Positions 55,076-64,000 of a stretch of 64,000 nt of DNA are shown piece after piece. The stretch comes from Rhynchobatus australiae (lineage: Eukaryota), in contig JAUZTB010000002.1 of assembly GCA_034780895.1 (NCBI GenBank), positions 68,686,663 to 68,750,662 on the forward strand. The letters run 5' to 3'. The translations under genes were made by a program, and so were the position numbers. The notes below the pieces were generated by a model, which ran no database searches, was not told the DNA's origin, and saw only the letters and a list, made by a program, of their open reading frames with translations. How positions within the stretch are numbered: the stretch's first letter is position 1; the number at the start of each line of letters is the position of its first letter.

Positions 55076-56965
55076 GTTATAGAATTATAAAGTTACAGAG
55101 CAATACAGCACGGCTACAGGCCCTTCAGCCCAACCAGTCCATACCAACTACATTGTCCACCCAGCTAGTCCCAATTTCCTGCTTTCAGCGCATATCTCTC
55201 TAAGCCCCAGCCCATCCAAGTGCTGCATGAATGATGCTCTTGTACCTGCCTAACCACTTCCTCTGGTAGCTCATACTATATTTTCCCACCCTCTAGGTTA
55301 AAAAAAAATGCCCCTCAGGTCCCTTTTTAAATCTTCCCCCTCTCACCCTAAACCTATTGCCACTTGTTTTGGCCTCACCTGCCCTGGGGAAAAGATTCTC
55401 ACTATCCACCTGATCATTGCCTCTCATAATTTTAAGCATTTCTATAACATCTCCTCTCAGTCTCCTATGTTCTAAGGAATGAAGGCCTAGCTGGGCTAAC
55501 CTCTCCCTTTAACTTTCCTCCAGGCCACTGTGCTCCAAGTCCAGCCTCACCAACGACAAGTACAACCAACTCCTATACTCATTGCCTTGACTGATGAAGG
55601 CCAGCGTGCTAAATACCTCTTTCACCACCCTGTCTGCCTGAGATAGTGCTTTCAATGAACTGTGCACTTGTACTGCTAGGTTTCTCTGTACAATTACATT
55701 CCTTATTACCCTACCATTCATAGTACAAATCCTATAGTGGTTTGACTTTCCAAAATGCATCACCTCACACTTTTCTGTATTGAAATCCATGTGCCACTCC
55801 CTGTCCCACTTTCCAAACTGATCAAAATGCCAGTTATCTACAATAACCTTCACTATCAACAACACCTAATTTCATGTCATCCACAAACTTATTGATCCAA
55901 ATCATTTATATAAATAATGAAGTTCCCAACGCCAACCCCTGCGGCCCACCACGAGTCACAGGCCTCNNNNNNNNNNNNNNNNNNNNNNNNNNNNNNNNNN
56001 NNNNNNNNNNNNNNNNNNNNNNNNNNNNNNNNNNNNNNNNNNNNNNNNNNNNNNNNNNNNNNNNNNAACCCCTGCGGCCCACCACGAGTCACAGGCCTCC
56101 ATTCCAAGTAACAGCATTCAACCACCACCCTCTGCTTCCTACCTCCTGAACCAATTTTGAATCTAGCTAACCAGCTCTGCCTGGATTCCATGGGACCTAA
56201 CCTTCCAGACCTGCTAACCATGTGGGATCTTGTTGAAAGCCTTGCTGGTCCATATAGATGACATCCACTGCTCTAACCTCATCTACCCTTATGGTTACCT
56301 CTTAAAGAACTCTCAAAAGATTCGTCAAACACAACTTCTCACGCACAAAGTCCTGCTGTCTCCTCCTAACCAGACCCTGTCCATCTAAATGTTGGTAGAT
56401 CCTGTCCCTCAGAATTCCCTCCAGTAACTTCTCCACCACTAATGTCAAGCTTACTGGCTTGTAATTCCTTGGTTTGTCCTTGCTACCCTTCTTAGAAAGA
56501 ACGGAATGACATTCGCCTCCTTCCAGTCTTCAGGAACTTCCAGCGGCTCACGGTGAAGCAGAAATGTCTGCAAGGGCCTCTGCAATTTTTCCTCTGGCCT
56601 CCCACAAAGTCCAAGGATGCACTTGATCAGGCTCTGGGGATTTAACCACCTTAATACGCCATAAGGCTTCAAATACCTCCTCCCTGGTCATATGAATGTT
56701 CTCCAAAACATCCCCACTTGTTTCCCTTATTTCTTGAGCAACTATGATTTTCCCCTCAGTAAACACAGAGGAGAAATATTCATTAAAATTCCTACTCCTG
56801 TGGTTTGAGACATAGGCAGCCTTGCTGATCTCTAACGGGACCTACTGTCTCCCTAGTTACCCATTTACTCTTAATATAAGAATAGAACCTCTTGGCATTT
56901 TCCTTAACCTTACCTGCCAGATCCTTCTCATGCCCACTCTTTGTCCTCCTGATTTCCCTCTTAAA
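55076..56965 (-). mobile_element. 5'-truncated CR1/HER1 LINE, about 1.9 kb, frameshifted RT
   Basis: ORFs give KSPEPDQVHP, VPEDWKEANVIP, WRPVTRGGPQG, FIIYINDLD, WHMDFNTEKCEVMHFGKSN; 3' tail at 55076-55140. Confidence 0.93.
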
Positions 56966-57267
56966 AATGTATTCTCAATCTGGGGAAGAAAATTCATCGC
57001 AGAGGAGTCACCATTGTCATCCATTATTCAAAACATCTGAAGATAAGGAATTCCATCAAGATTTATCTTTTCTAAATTTTAAAAGTTATTTCTGTTTAAT
57101 CAGCATGTATAGCCAGATAATAAACAAGATATTTTTGTGTACAGATTATTTTGTGTGCATTATCCCCCAGGGAATGAGACATCAATTTTATATGTTACAT
57201 TTAGATATTCTGCCAAATGCTATTTTTAATCTTTATTATGCATGTATTTTATCTACATGTAACTTAG

Positions 57268-57514
57268 TTGGATGAAGCTAATGCCTTGCTAAGGACAGAA
57301 TCTGAGACAGCGGTAAGACTACGAAAGAATCAAACAGAATTGTCAAAGCAATTAGGACAACTGGAGACCAACAACAGGGAGTTGCAAGACAAAAATGCTG
57401 CATTGGATAATACCAAGCTCAAACTTGAAAAGGACTACATAAGTTTACAGTCAGCACTAGAAGCTGAACGCAGAGATCGATCTCATGGTTCGGAGATTAT
57501 CAGTGACTTGCAAG
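57268..57514 (+). CDS. ROCK2: ROCK2 exon 16 (247 nt): LDEANALLRTESE...RDRSHGSEIISDLQ(G), coiled coil
   Basis: aacttag acceptor, gtaggg donor; ORF 57268-57525. Confidence 0.96.
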
Positions 57515-58270
57515 GTAGGGTGTAAACAGACGAGTTTCAGTAAGGTGTAGAATTGTTGTCATTGCCTGTAGTAGTAGATTTTAGCTTCCAGAATTATTAT
57601 TATGTGTGTAATAAATATAAATTATAGTTAGGCATTCATTGTGGAATGTCACTCCTTTTAAATGCAACTATCTCAAAGGAACAGATCTAAGTGTACTATG
57701 GGACTCATTATATATTAGTTTTTCCTGTGAAGGCTCTGAGAGGGTGTTCTATATCAATTTCCACTCAGTGAAAGTTAATCATGTCCCTTAAATATGTAAA
57801 CTAAAAATGCTAGAAATATTTAGCAGGCGAGATGGCATCTGTACAGGGAGAAAGAGAATGTTTCAGATCAATACTATTCTATTAAAACTATTTCTTTTTA
57901 AATTGTTCAAAAGTTAACCATAAAGTTTTCTGAGGTATTATAAATCAATTACAATTAAAGATTTATAAACTCATATCTTTGAGGGCTTTCAATCTTAAAA
58001 TTTGGGTACATTATTTCCTTGTTAACTGGAGAGAATCCAAGAGCAACCCCCCCCCCCCCCTGCCAATAATCATTTTTTGTAACTTTTTTCCATTTTGACA
58101 TCTTTAAAACATTGAGCCACCTTGATAGTGTGACTACATGCAAATTAAATTACATCCTCTTGAATGTAGTTGAAATAAGAATTTTATTTAGGAAAATGTA
58201 TTATTTTCAGGCTTGGTTATTCACTTTGATGCAACAATAGTTAAACTTGACTAATTAAAGTTATTTGCAG

Positions 58271-58377
58271 GGCGGATTTCTTCAATCAGTGATGAACTGA
58301 AAAACACTAAGAGCACATTGTCCAAAACTGAAATGGAGAAAAGACAGCTGCAAGATAAACTAACAGACTTGGAAAAG
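58271..58377 (+). CDS. ROCK2: ROCK2 exon 17 (107 nt): (G)RISSISDELKNTKSTLSKTEMEKRQLQDKLTDLEK
   Basis: ttatttgcag acceptor, gtgggg donor; phase 1 to phase 0. Confidence 0.93.
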
Positions 58378-58846
58378 GTGGGGCAGTTTTTATTTTGGCA
58401 TTAGGGACTTAATGCTGCCCAATGACATTTTATCAGCTGCATTCTTTCCCCTTTTTTATATAATAAAGTTAACTGACCAAGTTATTCCCTAAGATACAGG
58501 AGTACTTCAGTAGATACCAGACTCTAATACACATGACTTGGGTATTGACTTACCAGAAACTATGTGCATTTGTACAGTATAGCATCTGTAATGTAGATTA
58601 TCGAGATATGTGACACTTGTAATAAGCTGTGTATGTATGTGCCGATGTAGAATGTAATTTTATCTGTTGTTCTTATCTCTGCAGTTTTGTACCTCCAATA
58701 TTTTCCAAGTAAACAATTCCATTACTCAATTGAGACATTTAAAAATCAAAATATACAGTATGAAATTTGCTTTGAGAAAGGAATTTTATTGTCCGAAATG
58801 CTGCTTGTAGCTTGTTATCACCTTTCTCATATTGATTTATTTGCAG

Positions 58847-59006
58847 GAAAAAAATAACATGGAAATAGACATGACGTACAAGCAAAAAGTGTTACAGCAG
58901 CATCTAGAGCAGGAAGAAGCTGAGCACAAAGCTACTAAGGCACGACTAGCAGATAAAAATAAGATCTATGAGTCTATAGAAGAGGCAAAATCGGAAGCCA
59001 TGAAGG
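58847..59006 (+). CDS. ROCK2: ROCK2 exon 18 (160 nt): EKNNMEIDMTYKQKVLQQHLEQEEAEHKATKARLADKNKIYESIEEAKSEAMK(E)
   Basis: ttatttgcag acceptor, gtgagt donor; ORF 58832-59035. Confidence 0.96.
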
Positions 59007-61471
59007 GTGAGTTACTGCTACAGGAAATCACTTGACCTTGAGGAAATGCTGTTGGGCCTAACATTTTTAAATAATACAGATCTTGCTCCTACTTGATTTA
59101 AATTTCCTTCTGAGAAAATTTAAAAGCAAGATTTTTGACTGCATGGGTGCTTTTGATTTTAAATTGATTTCTTTACAATCTGGTAGCACTAATTTCAGTT
59201 TGAAATTTCAGTTATTTGTATGTTCGAGGGTGTCCCTACTTTGTCTCACTACTGCCCACTCTTTCAACTAAGCACTGAAATTTCCATGGGTTGATGTAAG
59301 CAAATGCTTTGGAAGGTTAAAATCAGTAGAGTTCATAATGATTTAACTATACAACAATGTATGAACATCTCTCAGACAAAAAATGCAAATACAAGAAAAT
59401 TGACACTGATGCATCTTGCTCTATGATAAACATTTCTTGTAAATATTCACCACCAGCCACAGCTGACTCACTTTACCTATCCATTCTTGCTGACAACATT
59501 AAACTTTGGCAGCATACAGTATATTCTGCTGAATGGTGCTTGCCTCCTTCCATGCATGTTGATGTGCTCATTGGGTCCTTGGAACATTCAATCAGGATGG
59601 AGCCTTTCTCCTTTTTCCACATTCAATAACTTCAAATTCCCGTCTCAAAAATTGAGTGTCTTGTGAATGAGCTGGAAGGAAATGTAACCTATTTTTTCTT
59701 GTTTTCCCATCGTATAGTCAAAGATTTGCATTTTATTGCGCTGTACTCACTGAATTCCTCCTTCCAGAATGATTAAACTGTTGGAAATAGACGATGAGTT
59801 AATTATGAATTGTCTCTACTTTGCCGAATTGAAGGCTCTTTGATTAACTACATCACATAATATTTTATTGTTTGTACATCAGGGGATTTTTTTGCTCTTG
59901 GATTTGGTTTATCTTAAAGCAATAATTAAGTTGAACTGGTTTCTTATTTTAATATGTTACAAGGCAGAACTTATCAAGAGAAATTCAAGTTCTTGGATGA
60001 ACATGTATTCTTTCTAAGCATTATGACTGTTTAAAAAGTCAATATACAACTTTTGATTCTGCAGTTCTTCCTTTGAACTTGATCATTTTCAGAGCTTTCT
60101 CTGAGTGTAAGTGCTTTGGATTACCCCTAATTTGTCTACTTTTCTACCTTGAAACTGTTTATTGCTGGGGAATGTTTTGTAATCATGTAACATTTTTTGG
60201 TGATCTATGTTCTCAAGTCAAATGAATAACACTGGCTTATCGAAGGCACAGCCTTAAAAATTTAAGAATGTGGCTAAATTAACTGACAAAGAAAGCTACA
60301 TTTGGTGCTGGGTACTTGTAGAAATGGTCTCTCACTTAAGTACCCCTCACCATCATCCCCTCTCCTCCCCAAATTAAACAATGGAAACCTTATTTGTCAA
60401 ACTTTGAACTCGGGAACAGTAATGAGAAAGTTGATNNNNNNNNNNNNNNNNNNNNNNNNNNNNNNNNNNNNNNNNNNNNNNNNNNNNNNNNNNNNNNNNN
60501 NNNNNNNNNNNNNNNNNNNNNNNNNNNNNNNNNNNNNNNNNNNNNNNNNNNNNNNNNNNNNNNNNNNNNNNNNNNNNNNNNNNNNNNNNNNNNNNNNNNN
60601 NNNNNNNNNNNNNNNNNNNNNNNNNNNNNNNNNNNNNNNNNNNNNNNNNNNNNNNNNNNNNNNNNNNNNNNNNNNNNNNNNNNNNNNNNNNNNNNNNNNN
60701 NNNNNNNNNNNNNNNNNNNNNNNNNNNNNNNNNNNNNNNNNNNNNNNNNNNNNNNNNNNNNNNNNNNNNNNNNGGGAGCACATCTCAAATGACAAGAATA
60801 CTTCTGGGAATTCAGGCACTCGGAACAAATTTCTTTTACCACTACCTTGAGAGAGGCAGAGCCCTCTGCAGACAGTGGTGTTTATTCATGCAATTGTCAT
60901 TATCATAGATTGAAAACTAGTTCTTGTTTGTCTTAGCTGGCTGCTATCCCTATCCCATAACTTTTGAAAGTTGTCCCCTGCCTGACAATCCCTAACACTA
61001 AGCATCACATAATTTGTTAGCATTTAGATTTGAGTGATCTTAAATATTTTTATAGTCTGTAGCTTGGGCTTTATAATTATCTGCAATAGTTGAATAATTG
61101 TTAATTAAAATATTATGTTTACACTTTAGAGTTGTAAGAAATTTTCCTCCTTCATTTATTTGTTGAATACAAGTTCCCATCCAAATAGAAACCAGAATTC
61201 TGCTTCCACATTTACAACAGCTTTATTCTCAATCCAGTTTCTGATCAATATAAATTGACTTGATCCCTATTTTCTTTCCTCTTCCTTTTGAAGTGAGACT
61301 GCACCACCAACCCTCTTTTGACCCTCACCTCCATCACTCACCCAATAGCACCTAAGAATAACTTGGTTAAAACCTAGTAACTCTTTCTATGGTCTTTTGT
61401 TGCAAATCCTGGTGCTCGTAAGATACATTTGTACATAGTGGTACTAATAATTTTCTTTGCAACTCTATCAG

Positions 61472-61632
61472 AGATGGAAAAGAAGCTACAGGAAGAGAGA
61501 AGTTCCAAACAAAAAGTTGAAAATCGTCTTCTGGAAGCTGAAAAGCAATGTTCAATGTTAGACTGTGATATTAAACAAGCACAGCAAAAAATAGAAGAAT
61601 TGTTAAGTCAAAAAGAAAAATTAACTGAGGAG
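61472..61632 (+). CDS. ROCK2: ROCK2 exon 19 (161 nt): (E)MEKKLQEERSSKQKVENRLLEAEKQCSMLDCDIKQAQQKIEELLSQKEKLTEE
   Basis: ctatcag acceptor, gtgagt donor; ORF 61429-61737. Confidence 0.95.
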
Positions 61633-61922
61633 GTGAGTGTCACCACAGATGGAGCTAGACAAAGATTCATTTTATTCAATCTGTGCATCCATACTGGAAT
61701 CATGCCAAACTGTTTCTTATTAATTCATGCATTCTAACGTTAACTTTGTATATATAATTTGAAAGTGTTTGATTTTTGACATGTGGGTTATTTGTGTGAT
61801 CTGCTGAACATTGGTTAAATTAGCCATAGCATATTTAGTAGGAGGAGTGAAAAGCATAAATTGTTTTATACTTAAATATTGGTGGTTCTTGTTTGGAATA
61901 AAATCCATATTTTCACTTTCAG

Positions 61923-62107
61923 GTCAAAAATTTGTCATTGANNNNNNNNNNNNNNNNNNNNNNNNNNNNNNNNNNNNNNNNNNACTTGAAGATGCAGACA
62001 CAACAAGTAAATTCCCTGAAAATGTCAGAAAAACAGCTGAAGCAGGAGATAAATCACTTGATGGAGACTAAACTGAGTCTGGAAAAACAGATAGGAGAAC
62101 TGCGAAA
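61923..62107 (+). CDS. ROCK2: ROCK2 exon 20 (185 nt including 42 N): VKNLSL...LKMQTQQVNSLKMSEKQLKQEINHLMETKLSLEKQIGELR(K)
   Basis: ctttcag acceptor, gtacgt donor; frame is kept across the internal gap 61942-61983. Confidence 0.93.
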
Positions 62108-63907
62108 GTACGTTTTTCCTTCACTGCATTATTTTCCTCTAAGATTTGCACAAATAGCAAAGTTTAGGAATCTAATAATGTAACTTGAAGCTCCCAGCTT
62201 TGCGATTCTGATTTGAACAAGGTGTGGCTGTTAAAAGCTGCAACCACTCAAGATGCAGATAAACTATCTGAGGTATTGCCAGTTGTATCCAATTACCTCA
62301 GTACATTGAGTTGTCAATCTGTCCTTTCACTGTCAGATCCACAGTCACTTTTGAATCAATGGTTGGAAAAAGGAGGTAATTTAGATCAGCTAGGCTGCTG
62401 CTGCCTTAGCTTATCTCAGTGGTGACACAAATAGGGCATAGATAAGCTGCTACTCAGCCAAATACTTTGGGTAAAATAGAAGATTAGTGAAATTTACTGC
62501 AAGGTGGATACCTGCTTCATTTTAGGAATACTTGTTGAAAATATGGCCATGTTTGAATTTGCCTATTGATTTCTACCTCAAAAATGCTTCCTTGGAATTT
62601 TGGCAAGTTTGCACTGTGTATTAGGCAAGAAATTATTTCTCAAAAGTAGGATTCTTTGAAACCATTTTTCTGTTGTTTAAATCCAAATATTGTCTCAACT
62701 TATTTTCTTTATCCTTTTGAGGTCTTTCTGAGCAGTCAGTTTGGAGCCAATGAATTACCAAACACTTACTATAAACTATTCAGAAGATGATGGATATTTT
62801 GCTATGTTGAAGTTCCTATGTAATTTAAACATTGTTCATTACTCTCTTCATCAACATAATTGTTACCAAGATGCTACTGGAATACTTGAGTTAGGTTCTT
62901 GTGCATAAGTTATAATTGTGAAATGCTTTCTCTTGCAGCTAATCTGGTAACTTTTAAACATTTGTATCGGAGATAGTTTATAGTAAGGTTTAAAAACCAC
63001 GTCCAACAAAGAACTACTACCATAATCATGCCTCGGGTTGCAAGATTGAACAGATGACCAAGAATATTAGTTTATCTTCTGTAGACATTATGCTTAGAAG
63101 AATTTTAACCTTGATATACAAAAATACTGCCAATCATTTCCTTAATACCTCAAGTTTTTTGGTGCTCAAGTGTCTTATATTTACAGATTGAGGACGGCCT
63201 GGTCTGGCTTAAGGAAAAGGGCAGTTCACACTGGTCTCTTGGGTAATGGGAGGTTTTCAATGGTTTTGTTTTTCTAGAATTAGTGTCCCTCAGAAATTAT
63301 TATTTGTTAAATTTGGGTCGGTTCCATTTTGTATGTGATAGACACTTCCTGTAGTGGATAACAAATGTTTTTCAAAGAAAAAATTGTTCTTTTCCCCAAA
63401 CCTTCCAGCCTCCAGTAAACACAAAACTGATCACAATCACATCTTGACAAAAATCTTAAGCTGTGAGCATGTTACTTGAATGCTGTGCATTAGTCTCATA
63501 AATATAGGGTTAGGTGACCAAATTTTAATTGAGATGCTGGCTTTCATGTGTCCTTATCTTCAAATATTCAGTGAGTGCTTGTACCATGGTTGAACCTAGA
63601 TTTTCTGTTTTCTGGCAGGAAAAGGGATTTTTTTTTGAAGTGGGGGAAAACTTCAGTTTGGCTACTTTTGGAACTATTTTCTTTCCTGTGGTTAAGTTGT
63701 AATTAGTTTTGTTAAAGACTGGTTCAGGTTTGTATTCTTGAAAACACTGAAAACGTATCCTTTTGTGGTTTGGGCTAAAGTTTTTTTTTAAAGTGTCAAC
63801 CAAAGTTTAAAAGCAGGAATAAAAATGACTTTCTCGCCTATATGTTTATTTTTATGTTCTTGATTTGTAAAGGTAATTTTTGTTTTGAATTATATGCACT
63901 ATTACAG

Positions 63908-63977
63908 AGAGCGCCAGGATGCTGATGGTCAAATGAAAGAACTTCAGGACCAATTGGAGGCAGAACAGTATTTTTCA
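63908..63977 (+). CDS. ROCK2: ROCK2 exon 21 (70 nt): (K)ERQDADGQMKELQDQLEAEQYFS
   Basis: attacag acceptor, gtatgt donor; matches human ROCK2 peptide as I recall it. Confidence 0.95.
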
Positions 63978-64000
63978 GTATGTACTCTTTTTTTACTTCA

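Noticed and set aside
55509-56766. RT-like ORFs as an active retroelement or domesticated gene
   Set aside because: Split over several frames with stops and deletions; an ordinary dead CR1 copy.

Overview
This is vertebrate genomic DNA from a draft assembly with about 20 N-gaps. The repeat families (HER1/CR1 LINEs, HE1-type V-SINEs, SacSINE1-like DeuSINEs, Penelope-type termini) point to a cartilaginous fish, probably a ray or other batoid; that assignment is inference. The window lies inside one + strand gene, Rho-associated protein kinase 2 (ROCK2). I located 19 GT-AG coding exons from 15966 to 63977 (2460 nt, 820 codons, all junction phases compatible). They encode the kinase domain, the AGC C-tail and the N-terminal part of the coiled coil. 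Exon 1 and the RBD/PH exons are outside the window. A 12-nt microexon expected from my recollection of human ROCK2 is not visible and may lie in a gap. Introns are filled with decayed CR1 and L2 LINEs, SINEs, two Tc1/mariner MITEs, a Tc1 IR/DR end and a solo LTR. I found no convincing new protein-coding system. The most notable items are repeat termini with hammerhead-ribozyme-like cores arranged as inverted pairs, several nested insertions, a perfect 58-bp dispersed duplication, and a CLEAR/E-box palindrome. Repeat family names and human exon sizes come from memory, not from searches.
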